NCBI GenBank assembly: GCA_023265395.1
Contig: JAHFTX010000001.1
Location: 65,897 to 129,896 of the forward strand
Length of the DNA: 64,000 nt
Reading direction: 5' to 3'
From: Thermoplasmata archaeon
GTDB lineage: Archaea; Thermoplasmatota; DTKX01; JAHFTX01
Shown: positions 1-13,194 of the stretch, piece after piece
Layout: each line of letters opens with the position of its first letter
Position numbering within the stretch: position 1 is the stretch's first letter
The notes under the pieces: generated by a model
Database searches by the model: none
Told to the model about the DNA's origin: nothing
The model's input: the letters and a program-made list of their open reading frames with translations, nothing else
Made by a program: the position numbers and the translations under genes

Positions 1-228
1 AAACTGGACGACGATGACATCGCAGCCGAGCCGCTCCCGCAGTGCCCGGATGTTGGCGCCCTTCTTGCCGACGGCCTTGCGGACGTTCCCGGGGTCCACG
101 ACGAATATGATCCGCGGGGGCGTCATGTCCTCCAGCACGAGCACATCACGTACGCGTGCTCGGGTGATCATCTCGAACAGGCGCATCAGGTTGAGCGCTT
201 CGATGTCAAAGCGACGCTCTTCTGCCAT
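1..228 (-). CDS. nusA: Archaeal NusA (KH domain) transcription factor, truncated by window edge
   Basis: Manual translation from ATG at 228: MAEERRFDIEALNLMRLFEMITRARVRDVLVLEDMTPPRIIFVVDPGNVRKAVGKKGANIRAL..., with a KH GxxG loop. Canonical position after L30e. Confidence 0.9.
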   Translation of the reverse strand, partial: MAEERRFDIEALNLMRLFEMITRARVRDVLVLEDMTPPRIIFVVDPGNVRKAVGKKGANIRALRERLGCDVIVVQF

Positions 229-271
229 GCCCGAACGGCCCCCAGGAGTGCCACACCCGGGCCGAGGTGAC

Positions 272-544
272 TTACACGAGGTCGAGGATCGCGCTGTCGC
301 CTGCCTCAAGGACGGTCAAGGCTGCGACGCTGAAGGGTTTCCCGCACGCCGCGCCCAGCTCGACGTTCGTCCCCTCGAAATGGTAGACCCTCTTGAAGGA
401 GTCGAAGCGGTCCGCCCTGGGACAATTGCGTGCAACGATCACCAACTTTGCCTCTTCATCCTTGATTGCCTGCTCGGCCTGGCGGATGCCAAAGGCAATC
501 TTGCCGCTGCCGACGACATTGCGCAGTTCTCGGGTAAGGTCCAT
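272..544 (-). CDS. rpl30e: 50S ribosomal protein L30e
   Basis: GKIAFGIRQA...LVIVARNCP...FEGTNVELGAACGKPF motif; position in the RNAP operon. Confidence 0.95.
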   Translation of the reverse strand: MDLTRELRNVVGSGKIAFGIRQAEQAIKDEEAKLVIVARNCPRADRFDSFKRVYHFEGTNVELGAACGKPFSVAALTVLEAGDSAILDLV

Positions 545-564
545 GTGCGTGCCTCCGTTCGCTC

Positions 565-2007
<1,443 letters not shown>

Positions 2008-4764
2008 CTACTCCGTGCCGACCTCCGGCACGTCGAAGTCTTCCTCAGGAGAGAGCAGGTCGCTGTCGAAGGAGGCGAAGCTCAAGCCCAGGTCACGACG
2101 ATCTCCGACCTCAGGAGCGTAACCGATGACCTGCCGAAAGATGTCATCGAGGTCGACCGCTTCCCCCTGGACCGATCGTGTCGGGTCGACCCCGTCGTCC
2201 CCGTACCGGAACTGGATGATGACGTCTGAGGTGTTCCGGACCGTCCCATCGTACTTGACCTTGAGATCCTCGAGGGCGTTGATGAGCCGCCGTTGCATGT
2301 ATCCGGAGCGGCTGGTTCGCACCGCGGTGTCGACCAGGCCTTCGCGACCGCCCATCGAGTGGAAGAAGAATTCGGTGGGCTTGAGGCCGTTCTTGTAGGA
2401 ACTACGGACGAAGCCCTTGGCTCGCGCCCCGCGATCCCCCCAGCTGAAGTGCGGCAAAGTGCGATCCGCGTACCCGCGGGAGATGCGCTCCCCACGGACG
2501 GCCTGCTGGCCGATGCACCCTGCCATCTGGGACAGGTTGAGCATGCTGCCTCGAGCACCGCTCTTGGCCATGATCACCGCGAAGTTGGTCAATCCCATCT
2601 GGCGCCCAGCGATCTGGCCGGCCCCGTCACGGGCTTTGCCAAGTTCCCGCATGGCCAAGACCTCGAGGGTCTCCTCGATGGAACGACCAGGGTGGGGAGT
2701 AAGATTGCCTGCCCGGTACGTCTGGACCAGCTTGTCCACTTCCCGTTCAGCGGCATCCATCACGTCCTGGATCTCGTTGCGTGCGGATTCGGGGATATCT
2801 TCGTCATCGATCCCAGTCGTGAAGCCCCGCAGCATCATGGTACCGATCGCAAGACGGGTGAGGTTGTCGATGAACTGCCGGCCCGCCAGGGCACCACGGT
2901 CACGGACGATCTTGTCGAGAATCTGCCCCTTGAACGCGCCAATCCCCATCTCATCGATGGTGCCGGTCAGCAGCTGGCCGCTGCGGATATCGACCCATGC
3001 ATCGACACCGACTTCCACGTCGCAGCGTTCCTTGACACACTTGTCGCAGTGCACACAGACGCTTGCCTTGTAGGTCAGGTGGATGTCCCGGGGGATGATC
3101 ATGCTGAACAGCTGCTTTCCGGTCCAGAACTCACGGTCGAACTTGTCCCTTCCCGCCGCGGGAGGCAATTCGAGGTCGATGGCCAACCCGCTGAGTAGGG
3201 TGAAGGCCTCGTCCTTGGTGAAACGGGTCAGCTTGTGTGTGAGCAGGAAAGCCCCGGTGATGTGGTCGTGGATCGCGCCGATGACCGGTCCCCCGAAGCG
3301 GGGTGAGCGGATGTGCTCCTGCACGAGCATGAGGATCTTTGCCTCAGCCCGTGCCTCCTCGGATTGGAGGGCATGGAGGTTCATCTCATCCCCGTCGAAG
3401 TCTGCGTTGTAGGGGGGACAGACGGGCAGGTTCATGCGGAAGGTCTTGCCGGGCATCACCCGCACAAGATGTGCCATCATCGACATGCGGTGCAGGGAGG
3501 GCTGCCGATTGAAGAGGACCACATCATTCTCCACCAGGTGTCGTTCGACGACCCAACCGAAGTCGAGGTTGTCGGAGATCAGCTGCTTGTTCCGATCAGT
3601 GATCTTCAGGCGAGGGCCATCAGGTCGGATGACATAGTTTGCCCCCGGCCATGTCGAAGAGCCCTTCATCACCAACTCGCGGACATAGCCGACGTTGTAC
3701 TGGTTGACGCGCACCGGCACGGTCAACTCCATCGCGACTTCGACGGGGATGCCAACCTCGTTGATGGAGAGCAGGGGGTCGGGGCTGATCACGGTACGGG
3801 CACTGAAGTTCACCCGCTTGCCGCTGAGGTTCGAACGGAACCGGCCTTCCTTGCCCTTGAGTCGCTGGGCCAGCGTCTTGAGAGGACGGCCGCTGCGGTG
3901 GCGAGCCGGAGGGATGCCACTGGTCTGGTTGTCGAAGTAGGTCGTGATGTGGTACTGCAGCAGCTCCCACAGGTCCTCAACAATCAATTGAGGGGTTCCA
4001 GCGTCTCGGTTCTCCCGCAGCCGCTGGTTGATCCGCAAGACGTCGACCAGCTTGTGGGTCAGGTCATCTTCGGACCGGTCTCCGCTCTCGAGCGTGATAG
4101 AAGGGCGGACCGTCACGGGGGGAACCGGCAATGCAGTGAGGATCAGCCATTCGGGGCGGGCGACCTCGGGGTTCATCCCCAACGCTTCGAGGTCCTCATT
4201 GGGGATCCGCTCGAGGCGCTCACGGACTTCCTTGGGGGTCAGCTTGTGGCCGCCCTCGCGGAAGGTTGTTGGCTTGTCGAGGGTGATTCGGACCTGCTCC
4301 TCACCACAGTAGGGGCAGATCGTCGCCGTCGAGGTCCCCTTGGCGGTCTCCCGCAGGGTGTTCTCCGAATCGACGGCACCGTAGTCCGAGGACTCCTTGA
4401 GTTCCTCCATCATCCCACGGATACGAGCGGCATCCATCAGGATGCGACCACAGGCACGGCAGGTGCTCTGGAGCAACCGCTTGACGTGACGGACATAGCC
4501 GACGTGAATCACGGGCATGGCCAGATCGATGTGCCCAAAGTGTCCAGGGCATTCGTCGACCTTCTGTCCGCAGGTCTTGCAGCGTAGGCCAGGTTCGATG
4601 ACCCCCAGACGGCTGTCCATCAGCCCCATGTCGATGGGAAAGCCATCGTCATCATAGGTGTCGGCAGTGATGATCTTGGTGGCCGACATCGATCGAATCT
4701 CCTTGGGGGAGAGGAAGCCGAACCGAATCCCTTGGATGCGCTTTCCTACGCGGAATAGACTCAT
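2008..4764 (-). CDS. rpoA1: DNA-directed RNA polymerase subunit A' (Rpo1N)
   Basis: NADFDGD catalytic motif; CPGHFGHI; [22 protein letters not shown]. Confidence 0.98.
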   Translation of the reverse strand: MSLFRVGKRIQGIRFGFLSPKEIRSMSATKIITADTYDDDGFPIDMGLMDSRLGVIEPGLRCKTCGQKVDECPGHFGHIDLAMPVIHVGYVRHVKRLLQSTCRACGRILMDAARIRGMMEELKESSDYGAVDSENTLRETAKGTSTATICPYCGEEQVRITLDKPTTFREGGHKLTPKEVRERLERIPNEDLEALGMNPEVARPEWLILTALPVPPVTVRPSITLESGDRSEDDLTHKLVDVLRINQRLRENRDAGTPQLIVEDLWELLQYHITTYFDNQTSGIPPARHRSGRPLKTLAQRLKGKEGRFRSNLSGKRVNFSARTVISPDPLLSINEVGIPVEVAMELTVPVRVNQYNVGYVRELVMKGSSTWPGANYVIRPDGPRLKITDRNKQLISDNLDFGWVVERHLVENDVVLFNRQPSLHRMSMMAHLVRVMPGKTFRMNLPVCPPYNADFDGDEMNLHALQSEEARAEAKILMLVQEHIRSPRFGGPVIGAIHDHITGAFLLTHKLTRFTKDEAFTLLSGLAIDLELPPAAGRDKFDREFWTGKQLFSMIIPRDIHLTYKASVCVHCDKCVKERCDVEVGVDAWVDIRSGQLLTGTIDEMGIGAFKGQILDKIVRDRGALAGRQFIDNLTRLAIGTMMLRGFTTGIDDEDIPESARNEIQDVMDAAEREVDKLVQTYRAGNLTPHPGRSIEETLEVLAMRELGKARDGAGQIAGRQMGLTNFAVIMAKSGARGSMLNLSQMAGCIGQQAVRGERISRGYADRTLPHFSWGDRGARAKGFVRSSYKNGLKPTEFFFHSMGGREGLVDTAVRTSRSGYMQRRLINALEDLKVKYDGTVRNTSDVIIQFRYGDDGVDPTRSVQGEAVDLDDIFRQVIGYAPEVGDRRDLGLSFASFDSDLLSPEEDFDVPEVGTE

Positions 4765-7700
4765 TTCATGTCCTCCAGTTGAAGGCGCATGGCGACACCA
4801 AGCGACATCAGCTCGTCGACGAGCAGCTTGAAAGCATAACTCGTTTGAATCGGGTAGATGTTCGTGTGGTCACCCTTGGTCGAGCACACCGGGCACTTGA
4901 GGAACCCGCGAGCATCCTGATAGGCGAAGTGGCCACAGGCTGCATCTGCGCAGACGTACTGGATCGTACCGTCCGATTCATCGAGCAGCTTGTCCTTGAT
5001 GACCATCGCCGCACCGTGCCCGATGAGGCAGTCGCGCTCCATCTCACCAAAGCGCAAGCCGCCTTGGCGAGCACGCCCCTCGGTAGGCTGTCGCGTGAGG
5101 ATTTGCACCGGGCCACGAGAGCGGACATGGAACTTTCCCGAGGCCATGTGGTGGAGCTTCTGGTAGTAGATCACCCCGATGAAGATCTCCGCCTCCATGA
5201 CCTTGCCCGTACGACCATCGAACATCACTTCCTTGCCCGTACTGGAGAACCCTGCTCGGACGAGGCCGTCACGCAGCGTAGACTCCCTCTCGCCGCTGAA
5301 TGCCGTCCCGTCGATGTTCCGCCCCTCGATCGAGCCGAGCTTGCCCCCAATCATCTCTAGGACGTGGGCAACGGTCATGCGGCTGGGGATCGCGTGGGGG
5401 TTGATCACGAGGTCGGGGAGCACGCCAGTGGCGGTAAACGGCAGGTCCTCGGGGTTGGCAATCAACCCGATGACCCCCTTTTGGCCGTGCCGAGAGGCGA
5501 ACTTGTCCCCCAATTCCGGCAGGCGCTCGTCGCGTACATGGACCTTGACCATGCGCGACCCGTTCTCGCTCTCGGTGAGCATGACGTTGTCCACCCATCC
5601 CCGCTCCCCAAGGCGGACCGTGATAGAGGTCTCCCGGCGCTTCTGGGGGGTGAGGAACTCTGGTTGCTCTTCGAGGAAGCGGGGGGGAGAAGTCTTGCCG
5701 ATGAGGACGTCGCCGGGTTGGACGTAGACCTCAGGAGCGATCAGCCCATCCTCGTCGAGGTGGCTATAGCTCGTGTCCGCACGCGCACCCCGGACGTCGG
5801 GGGAGGGGATCTCGAAGTGGTCCTCCTGACCACCCGGGTACCGGCGCTCCTCAGCCTTGTAGGTGCGAAGGAAGGAACTGCGGCCCAGGCCCCGTTCGAT
5901 GGAAGCACGATTGAACACCAGCGCATCCTCCATGTTGTAGCCTCGGTAGCTCATCACGGCAACGACGAAGTTGCATCCTGCAGGACGGCGCTGGAAGTTG
6001 ACGTACCGCATGTTCTCGGTCTGTACAAGCGGAACCTGGGGATAGTGCAGGACATGGCTTCGCGTGTCGGGCCGCAAGCGGAAGTTTGCGGAACCTAGGC
6101 CGAGGGATTGTTTAGCCATCGCAGCGCCCATCGTGATGCGGGGGCTGGCGTTGTGCTCGGGATAGGGGATCAGCCCGGCGCAAACCCCTAGGATCACCAT
6201 GGGATCGAGCTCCATGTGGGTGTGTTGGGGTGTGAGGTCTGATTCCTCGATGGCGATAAAGGCATTCTCCTCCTCGTCGGCGTCAAGCCATTCGACGATG
6301 CCCTCGAGCAGCAGATGATTTGACCGGATCTTTCCAGACCGAAGCTCGTCGACATGACGCTTGGTCAGCAGGATCCTGCCATTCTTGATGACGAGCAATG
6401 GCCGCCGCAGGCGACCAGCGTCACAGTTGATGTAGATGTCATTGGTGTCCTCGTGGAGGCGGACGTTCACCTCCGTGGAAAGCAGGCCTTGGCGCCGGCG
6501 CTCCTTTATCTCGGCGATCAACTCCTTCGAACGGTCGTACCCACCAACGAGGTTTCCGTTGATGAATACCCGCGTGGCTCCAATGTGGTCACCACGGACG
6601 TCCTTGAGCCCCATGTTCTTGAGGAGCCAGCGAACCTCTTCTTCTTCTATCCCTTCGGTGACATCGACGACGAGGGCGCAGTTCTTGACCAGGCCGCAGT
6701 TCTGACCCTCCGGGGTCTCGTTGGGACAGAGGCGCCCCCACTGAGTCGAGTGGAGGTCTCGCGCCTCGAAGTGCGGTTGCGAGCGGGTCAGCGGTGAGCT
6801 GATACGCCGCAAGTGCGAGACCGTGCTCATGTTACAGGTCCGATCGAGAAGTTGGGACACCCCGACCCGCCCGCCGACCCAGCTGCCGGTGGCGAGCGCG
6901 TGCATCAGCCGCTGCGTGAGGATGTCGGGACGAATCGCCGAGGCGATCTTGAGGTCGCGTCGGCGGGCGAACCCCCGCTCGAGCTGGTACTTGAGGTCCT
7001 TGCAGAGGTTGGTGAAGGCGACCCGGAAGAGATCTTCCATCAGGTCCCCAGCGAGCTTGAGGCGCTTGTTCGCATAGTGGTCCTTGTCATCGGGCTTCCG
7101 CTTGTTGAGGGAGAGCTCCAGCACGGTGCGGGCGACTCGACCAAGGAATATCGCCTTCTTGTATCGACTTTCCTTTGTATCACCAAGGTGGGGGAGCAAT
7201 GAGCGGTCGATGATGCTCTCGACCTTCTTGGTCCGATACTCCTTGGCTTGTCCCGAAGCGAACTTCTTCTCGAGGTAGAGGATTGCGTCCTCCGTGGTAA
7301 ATACGCCATGGGGCGGGTAGTTCTTCTCGTTCTGGACGTCCTCGATGTTGGCGTAGACGATGTTCGCCATGTTGGGGTCGCTGACGATGGCCTTGAAGAT
7401 GTCCTCGTCCTTCTCCATCCCGAGGACCTTCATGAGGATGATCAGTGGGATCTGCCCCGGTGCAGCTGGGACCGTGACCATCAGGCCGCCGTCGCGCTTC
7501 TTCTCGATGTACGTCAGGGCCCGGTAACCTTCCTTCTGGGAGAATACCTTCGCCACCTCGATGCGATGGCCGTACCGCTCCTCGAACTCGACCATCACCC
7601 GGTTGGGAGCAAGATCCTCAAGGGTGATCAACACCCGCTCCGTGCCGTTGATGGAGAAGTAGCCCCCCATGTCGAGGGGGTCCTCCTTGGCCTCGACCAG

Positions 7701-8228
7701 TTTGGCATCGTACTCTTCGTCTGTGAGCTCCGAATCCGCCTTGATGTTGTTGCGGTGGAGGTTGCATTTCTTGGAGCGGATCATGACGGGGAGGTCCCCG
7801 ATTCGGACCTTCTCGGGTTCCCGGTCGATGCCATTCTCGACGACGGTGAACTCCAGGTAGATGGGCGCCTTGTAGGTCAGGTTGCGCAATCGGGACTCCA
7901 TAGGGGTGAGTTCCTTCTCCGCCCCATTGGCCTCCTTTACCTTTGGCGTCCCGACCGAGATGGTGGGCCGGCTTCGCGGGTCGATCTGACCGGTGTTGGG
8001 ATCGCGGCGGCGGCCGACGAATACCTCGATCGTGTCCCGGCCAATCTTGTCCACCTCGAGCTTGATTACACCAGGCTCGCTGTTCTCATCGCCGACGCGA
8101 ACGTTGTCGACGATCCGCTGCATCCGGCTGTTGGGGTTGTCAGGGGTGGGCAGGAAGTCATTGAAGGAGGCGAGGTGGTGGTTGACGATGGACCGTTCCT
8201 TGAAGAAGGCTTCGACGAGCTCGCGCAT
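4761..8228 (-). CDS. rpoB: DNA-directed RNA polymerase subunit B (unsplit Rpo2)
   Basis: [30 protein letters not shown] and a C-terminal Zn ribbon. Confidence 0.98.
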   Translation of the reverse strand: MRELVEAFFKERSIVNHHLASFNDFLPTPDNPNSRMQRIVDNVRVGDENSEPGVIKLEVDKIGRDTIEVFVGRRRDPNTGQIDPRSRPTISVGTPKVKEANGAEKELTPMESRLRNLTYKAPIYLEFTVVENGIDREPEKVRIGDLPVMIRSKKCNLHRNNIKADSELTDEEYDAKLVEAKEDPLDMGGYFSINGTERVLITLEDLAPNRVMVEFEERYGHRIEVAKVFSQKEGYRALTYIEKKRDGGLMVTVPAAPGQIPLIILMKVLGMEKDEDIFKAIVSDPNMANIVYANIEDVQNEKNYPPHGVFTTEDAILYLEKKFASGQAKEYRTKKVESIIDRSLLPHLGDTKESRYKKAIFLGRVARTVLELSLNKRKPDDKDHYANKRLKLAGDLMEDLFRVAFTNLCKDLKYQLERGFARRRDLKIASAIRPDILTQRLMHALATGSWVGGRVGVSQLLDRTCNMSTVSHLRRISSPLTRSQPHFEARDLHSTQWGRLCPNETPEGQNCGLVKNCALVVDVTEGIEEEEVRWLLKNMGLKDVRGDHIGATRVFINGNLVGGYDRSKELIAEIKERRRQGLLSTEVNVRLHEDTNDIYINCDAGRLRRPLLVIKNGRILLTKRHVDELRSGKIRSNHLLLEGIVEWLDADEEENAFIAIEESDLTPQHTHMELDPMVILGVCAGLIPYPEHNASPRITMGAAMAKQSLGLGSANFRLRPDTRSHVLHYPQVPLVQTENMRYVNFQRRPAGCNFVVAVMSYRGYNMEDALVFNRASIERGLGRSSFLRTYKAEERRYPGGQEDHFEIPSPDVRGARADTSYSHLDEDGLIAPEVYVQPGDVLIGKTSPPRFLEEQPEFLTPQKRRETSITVRLGERGWVDNVMLTESENGSRMVKVHVRDERLPELGDKFASRHGQKGVIGLIANPEDLPFTATGVLPDLVINPHAIPSRMTVAHVLEMIGGKLGSIEGRNIDGTAFSGERESTLRDGLVRAGFSSTGKEVMFDGRTGKVMEAEIFIGVIYYQKLHHMASGKFHVRSRGPVQILTRQPTEGRARQGGLRFGEMERDCLIGHGAAMVIKDKLLDESDGTIQYVCADAACGHFAYQDARGFLKCPVCSTKGDHTNIYPIQTSYAFKLLVDELMSLGVAMRLQLEDMK

Positions 8229-8401
8229 GGTGGTACCTCAGTGTTCGACTATTGGCCGTTGGGGGTCGTTGGGGCGGATGCAAGCGGGCCCGCGCAGGAC
8301 CCGAGTGGGATTGGAAGGCCCAGGGGGCTTTGGGTGCTGGGGACGATCCAGCCGGGGCCGGATAGGGTAGAAGCTGGCCAACGAAAGGGGAGGGTCACTG
8401 C

Positions 8402-8653
8402 CTATCCCTCCACCACGACTCGGAAGGCGACAGATCGGCCCGAGGTCTCGCTTTCCCGGATGACCCGAACGATTCGTCCCTGCTCGATGATTCCGTGTTC
8501 GACCTCGAGAGCACGAATGCACGGGTCCGATCGGAGGATCTTGGGCAATTGGCTCTTGTCAACCTTGTAGGCGCTCAAGAGTTCGTTCTCCTCGTCCTCG
8601 CTGAGCAGCTCGTGCTCGGGTACGAGCATATGATCCATCAAGCGGAAGGTCAC
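8402..8653 (-). CDS. rpoH: DNA-directed RNA polymerase subunit H (Rpo5)
   Basis: HMLVPEHELL...QLPKILRSDP...RESETSG. Start set at GTG 8653 (GAGGT SD upstream); the longer ORF start lies inside the tRNA. Confidence 0.93.
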   Translation of the reverse strand: MTFRLMDHMLVPEHELLSEDEENELLSAYKVDKSQLPKILRSDPCIRALEVEHGIIEQGRIVRVIRESETSGRSVAFRVVVEG

Positions 8654-8709
8654 GGGTCTACCTCTGGCGCCTTTGACCGCCACGGGGTTGACGGAGGTGC
8701 CGCTCTCGA

Positions 8710-8870
8710 CGGGCCTGAAGGGATTCGAACCCTTGACTCTCTGGTTTCTTACGCTCTCCATTGGAGGGCGATAAAAGCCAGATGCTCTATCTAGGGAAGC
8801 TCAGTCGGAGACCGTGCGTCGCGCGGTCTCGTCCCGACCAGTCCGTCCTACCTAGCTGAGCTACAGGCCC
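8710..8870 (-). tRNA. tRNA-Lys(UUU) with two introns (D-loop about 61 nt; canonical 37/38, 26 nt)
   Basis: Acceptor stem GGGCCTG/CAGGCCC, D-stem GCTC/GAGC, anticodon stem TCTGG/CCAGA with loop CTTTTA|A, T-arm AAGGG-TTCGAAT-CCCTT. Removing about 8789-8849 and 8746-8771 gives a 74-nt cloverleaf. Confidence 0.9.
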
Positions 8871-9051
8871 GGGAGGATTTCTCATAGCGGCATTCTCCAC
8901 CAACCGACTATTCGGCGGCGTATTTGGGGCGCGGCAAATCTTGCCTACGGTATTTGAACGTGACTGGGATGGTTTAAATAGGGTGCCCAAAAGGGTCTCT
9001 CGTCGGAGGGTGCTTGCACCCTGTCGGAGCCGGGGACGAGTGCGAGACGGG

Positions 9052-9414
9052 TTAGCTCTCGAAGATCTTCTTGAGCATCAAGAGGTCGCCAAGGTCCCCC
9101 TTGATCTTGAGTTTCCCAGTTGCGTAGGCCTTGATGGGCTTGAGCTCACGGGTGAGCAGGGCCGTGAGCGTCCGTGAATCGCTTAGGACCGTTATGGTCT
9201 GCGATCCGGTGGCATCGCCTCGCTGCAAGGCGGTGAGTTGATTGTCGACGAGACGAAAATGATAGAGTAGACCGCCTCCAAGATCGAGCCGCACAAGGCG
9301 TTCCTTGCCCGCAAGGTGATCGGCAAGGTTCGGGTCGGCAGCTACCCGTTGGTTGAACTCACCCATCGCCTTGAGCAAATGGCCCTCAAGGTCCTTGTCG
9401 GCGCTCTCTGGCAT
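9052..9414 (-). CDS. SCP2 sterol/lipid-binding domain protein
   Basis: C-terminal 'TLTALLTRELKPIKAYATGKLKIKGDLGDLL' is the typical SCP2 signature. Confidence 0.85.
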   Translation of the reverse strand: MPESADKDLEGHLLKAMGEFNQRVAADPNLADHLAGKERLVRLDLGGGLLYHFRLVDNQLTALQRGDATGSQTITVLSDSRTLTALLTRELKPIKAYATGKLKIKGDLGDLLMLKKIFES

Positions 9415-9420
9415 GGAGAC

Positions 9421-10140
9421 TCACCCGCCAAACTCTTCGAGCCGTTGCTTCCCCACGGAGCGCAGGAGCCGGCGAGCCGTCTCCCACGTTGCACGGGTGT
9501 GGGGCGGCAGAACACCATGAGCCCTTATCCATCTTTCCATGAACGCGACTGTCCTCGGATCGGAAGGGTAGCCGCTCCCCATCGGACCGCAGCGCGGGTC
9601 TAACCGGCGAAGGTCCTCTTCGATGCGGGCGATCCGCTCATCCCGCCGGACCTTGGCGACGATTGATGCTGCGCTGACGGCGGGGTAGGTCGCATCAGCT
9701 CGATGTTCAGAGATCACTCGCGCAATGCGTGCCGAGACGGCGGCGACCCGCTCGTACACTTGCGACCCAAACCGGTCGGGATTGACATCGGCGGCATCGA
9801 GCTGCAGATCTACAGCCGAACCCTCCCATCGACCTAGGAGTGTCGCCGTGACGGTCGCGAACAATTGGACCTCGATCTGGTTCATCGTCATCGTCGCGCG
9901 CAAGCTGTCGATGTCCAGCGCAGGGAGTTCGACAACTTCAGAGTCGACGATTCGTTGTATCTTGTTGCAGAGGAAGGTCCGGCGTACTGGTGTGAGGGTC
10001 TTGCTGTCTGCTACACCAAGCTGCTGCAGTTCGCTCGGATCACGTACGAGGACAGCGGCAACCACGAGAGGGCCTAGGACCGGCCCTCGCCCAGCCTCGT
10101 CAACCCCCAGCACAGGCTGAACCCCGCGTGCGGAGGGCAT
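9421..10140 (-). CDS. rnhB: Ribonuclease HII
   Basis: GVDEAGRGPVLGPLV, DSK, AASIVAKVRRD, GSGYPSDP. Confidence 0.97.
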   Translation of the reverse strand: MPSARGVQPVLGVDEAGRGPVLGPLVVAAVLVRDPSELQQLGVADSKTLTPVRRTFLCNKIQRIVDSEVVELPALDIDSLRATMTMNQIEVQLFATVTATLLGRWEGSAVDLQLDAADVNPDRFGSQVYERVAAVSARIARVISEHRADATYPAVSAASIVAKVRRDERIARIEEDLRRLDPRCGPMGSGYPSDPRTVAFMERWIRAHGVLPPHTRATWETARRLLRSVGKQRLEEFGG

Positions 10141-10156
10141 CAGGTTCCCTCGGTCT

Positions 10157-11521
10157 TCAGCACCGTCGGTCGATGGCTCCCTGGAGGGTCTGCCGGAACT
10201 CCTTCACCAGTCGTTCCAAGGTGGCAGCATCATGGGCCTCTGCGAAGATTCGTATCATTGGTTGCGTGTTGCTGCACCGCAGAAGGCCCCAGCCCCCCTG
10301 GCGGCTGACCTTCACCCCATCCGTCAAGTCGACGCGCTCACCTTGCCCCTCGTACAGCTCACGAAGGTCATCGATGACCTGGAACTTGATCGCATCGGGC
10401 ACGTTGACCGCCTGCTCGATAACAGGATAGCTTGGTATCGCGTCGACGAGGGCCGAGAGAGGGTCGCCCGTCTCTTCAAGCACTTCGACCAACTTGAGTG
10501 TGACCAAGAAGGGGTCATCGAAGATGTAGAACTGCGGGAGGAAGAAGTGCGCACTGATCTCCATCCCGAACACAGCCTTGTGTTCCTTCAGCGCCTCGCA
10601 GACGAACACGTCGCCTACCCGTGTGCGGATGACCTTGGCGCCCAATGGTTCGAGTTGCTCCTCGACGATCATCGAACAGGGGATGTTCACGAGCACGGGG
10701 CCCCGTTGTTCCTGGAGCAGATGGCGGGCGAGGATGATTCCGAGTTTTTCCGTCTGGACGGTCCTACCCTGGTCATCGACGATGACGACGCGATCGCCAT
10801 CACCGTCAAAGGCTGCACCGAACGCTGCCTTGGTGGCTCGAACCTCCGCCTCGAGCTCTTGGAGGACGCCGTCCTTGGGTTGCGAACCCCTCCCGGGGAA
10901 CCCTCCATCGATGGCCATATTCACTCCACTGACGGTGTGGCCGAAGTCCCTCAGCAATCGTGGCGCGATGAGGCCACCGGCACCATTGCCCGGATCGAGG
11001 GCGATCCGCAGAGGTTTCTGGTGAGGGAGCTTGCCCTGGAGGAACCCGACATAGGAGTCGATGACCTCCTCAGAGGGGGTGGTCTGCATCTTCCCCACGC
11101 GGTCCCAGGCCTTGCGCTCCATCCTCTCGTTGAAGAAGCGGGTCTTGATGGTCTCATTCTGGTGTGTGAAACCACTCCCGTCACCGTGACGGAAGCGTAT
11201 CCCATTGTAGGATGGGGGATTGTGCGAAGCGGTGATGTATGCACCGTTGTGGAACTTCCGATGCCACGTGTGGAAGTTCGCCAGCGGAATCGGGAGGGCC
11301 CCGACCGAGACGACATCGCACCCGCTCGAGGCCACCCCGGCTTGGAAAGCTGCCGAGAGCAGAGGGCTGCTCGTTCGCACATCCTGCCCGACGCTCACTC
11401 GTGATGAGCCCCCCAAGTAGGAACCGAAGACGAGGCCGACCTTGGCAGCGACATCGACCGTCAGGTCCTCGTTGAACACACCACGGATGTCATACGCCCG
11501 AAAGATGTCCTCCAGTGGCAT
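10157..11521 (-). CDS. Phosphomannomutase/phosphoglucomutase (alpha-D-phosphohexomutase)
   Basis: FRAYDIRG, ITASHNP phosphoserine motif, FDGDGDR metal loop. Start taken at ATG 11521. Confidence 0.93.
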   Translation of the reverse strand: MPLEDIFRAYDIRGVFNEDLTVDVAAKVGLVFGSYLGGSSRVSVGQDVRTSSPLLSAAFQAGVASSGCDVVSVGALPIPLANFHTWHRKFHNGAYITASHNPPSYNGIRFRHGDGSGFTHQNETIKTRFFNERMERKAWDRVGKMQTTPSEEVIDSYVGFLQGKLPHQKPLRIALDPGNGAGGLIAPRLLRDFGHTVSGVNMAIDGGFPGRGSQPKDGVLQELEAEVRATKAAFGAAFDGDGDRVVIVDDQGRTVQTEKLGIILARHLLQEQRGPVLVNIPCSMIVEEQLEPLGAKVIRTRVGDVFVCEALKEHKAVFGMEISAHFFLPQFYIFDDPFLVTLKLVEVLEETGDPLSALVDAIPSYPVIEQAVNVPDAIKFQVIDDLRELYEGQGERVDLTDGVKVSRQGGWGLLRCSNTQPMIRIFAEAHDAATLERLVKEFRQTLQGAIDRRC

Positions 11522-11572
11522 GACGGATTCTCCTGGCGTCGTCAGCAGCACCGCACGAAACCAGCTTGCTGA

Positions 11573-11950
11573 CTAGCCACTAGTATTCACCAGCAGCATC
11601 CGGGAGCTCCCCTGATGTTCGACTTCGACGACCACCAGGTCCTTATCGAGATCGGCCAGCCCGGACATCAGATCCCGCAATCGATCACGCGGCACCTTGA
11701 GCTGGAGTTCCGAGAGCAAGGCCAGGATGTCCTGCTCCCCCAGGCGCGGGACTCGGCTGGAAGAACCGACGTTGTCGCGCCACGCCTCCCTGACGCGGGC
11801 GGCGAGCGGCTCGATGGCCGAGAGTCGGCACGGGGCGCTCTCGAGCACGCTCACTTGTACGGAGCGAGGGAACGATTCTGGGTCTTTCGAGAGACCGAAG
11901 TAGTGGGCAGCCGCTTGGATTGCCAACCTGCGCTGTTGCTTATTGACCAT
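11573..11950 (-). CDS. Hypothetical protein
   Basis: ORF from ATG 11950 (MVNKQQRRLAIQAAAHYFG...) fills the gap upstream of the mutase; no recognisable motif. Confidence 0.5.
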   Translation of the reverse strand: MVNKQQRRLAIQAAAHYFGLSKDPESFPRSVQVSVLESAPCRLSAIEPLAARVREAWRDNVGSSSRVPRLGEQDILALLSELQLKVPRDRLRDLMSGLADLDKDLVVVEVEHQGSSRMLLVNTSG

Positions 11951-12084
11951 CGACGGCGCACCCCAGGCCTGCACGAGTGACGCGACTGCGACGACCCCGA
12001 AGTGCGATAAAGCCATCGCACAGCGCTTTTCGTGCAGGGAACCCCTAGCCGATACTGACCTAGCAGGAGGGCGGCCTGACGCGA

Positions 12085-13194
12085 GTGACCAAGATCGATG
12101 TGTGGCCATTGCGCCTCCCACTCCAGCGCCCGTTCATCCTCTCCAACGAGACCTTGAGCGACGCCCCCGTCATCATCGTGCGAATCGGCTCCGGACGGTG
12201 GGAGGGATGGGGGGAGAGCGGAGTCTCCAAGCGAGTCCTGGGTGAGGACCTGCAGGGCGCCTTCTATTCCGCCCGCCAAGTGGGCGCGGCCATGCTCGAT
12301 TCCACCATCCCGCCAGGGGCATGGGAGGAACAACGCCATCAGATCCCTTCGCGGGCCGCAGCCACCGCCTTCGACATGGCGGTCAACGACCTCTGGGCCC
12401 ATCGGTTCTCGACGCGTTTTCTTCCTGAACTCCCCTCACACCCCCGCCCAGTGCGGTCGAGCATCACGATCACCGCGCAATCACCTACAGAGGTCCGACA
12501 AGAAGCGCACATGTTCTGGAGGGAGGGATGGCAGGTGTTCAAACTCAAGATTGGTGCCGCCCCAGCCAAAGACATCGGCCGGCTTGCGGCACTGCGAGAC
12601 GCAACCCCCCTCGCAACGATCCGAGTAGACGCCAATGGGGGCCTCGATTGGGACAAGTTCGAGAGCCTTGCCCCCGCCCTTGACCAGCACTCAGTCGAGC
12701 TCATCGAACAACCGTTCCCCGAGGCCGAGATCGACCTCTATCGCCAGGCGCGCTCGACGGGGGTCCCCGTTTTCATGGATGAGGGGATCGGATCTCGGGA
12801 GGATGTGGACGCCGCAGCGCGCGCGAGCGTCTGCGACGGCGTGAATCTCAAACTCGAGAAGGCCAGGGGCCTGCTGCCATTGTGCGAGGCGATCGAGGCG
12901 GCGGAAGAACGCGGCCTCCAGGTCATGATGGGGTGCTTCATCACCTCGCGGCTGAGTCACTCCGCGCTCCAACGGGTCGTAGAGGCTTATCCTGTGGTGG
13001 AACGGGTGGATCTCGATGGACCGTTGCTGCTGGCAACCGACCCCATCGTGGGCGGAAGCACCATCAACCAGGGGATGCTACAACAGACCCCTGCGGTGAC
13101 AATCGGCCACGGGGCATCATCCAATCCCGAGCACCTCGCACGGTGGTCGGTGGTCGTGACGCGGCAATCCCCACCAACCGTTCCCTTGGCCTAA
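12085..13194 (+). CDS. Dipeptide epimerase (L-Ala-D/L-Glu epimerase-like, enolase superfamily)
   Basis: KLKIG, RVDAN, IEQP, MDE, NLKLEK, MMGC and DLD motifs. Confidence 0.85.
   Translation: MTKIDVWPLRLPLQRPFILSNETLSDAPVIIVRIGSGRWEGWGESGVSKRVLGEDLQGAFYSARQVGAAMLDSTIPPGAWEEQRHQIPSRAAATAFDMAVNDLWAHRFSTRFLPELPSHPRPVRSSITITAQSPTEVRQEAHMFWREGWQVFKLKIGAAPAKDIGRLAALRDATPLATIRVDANGGLDWDKFESLAPALDQHSVELIEQPFPEAEIDLYRQARSTGVPVFMDEGIGSREDVDAAARASVCDGVNLKLEKARGLLPLCEAIEAAEERGLQVMMGCFITSRLSHSALQRVVEAYPVVERVDLDGPLLLATDPIVGGSTINQGMLQQTPAVTIGHGASSNPEHLARWSVVVTRQSPPTVPLA

Noticed and set aside
8654-8761. N-terminal extension of RpoH in the ORF track
   Set aside because: It overlaps the tRNA-Lys gene; an SD-supported GTG lies at 8653.
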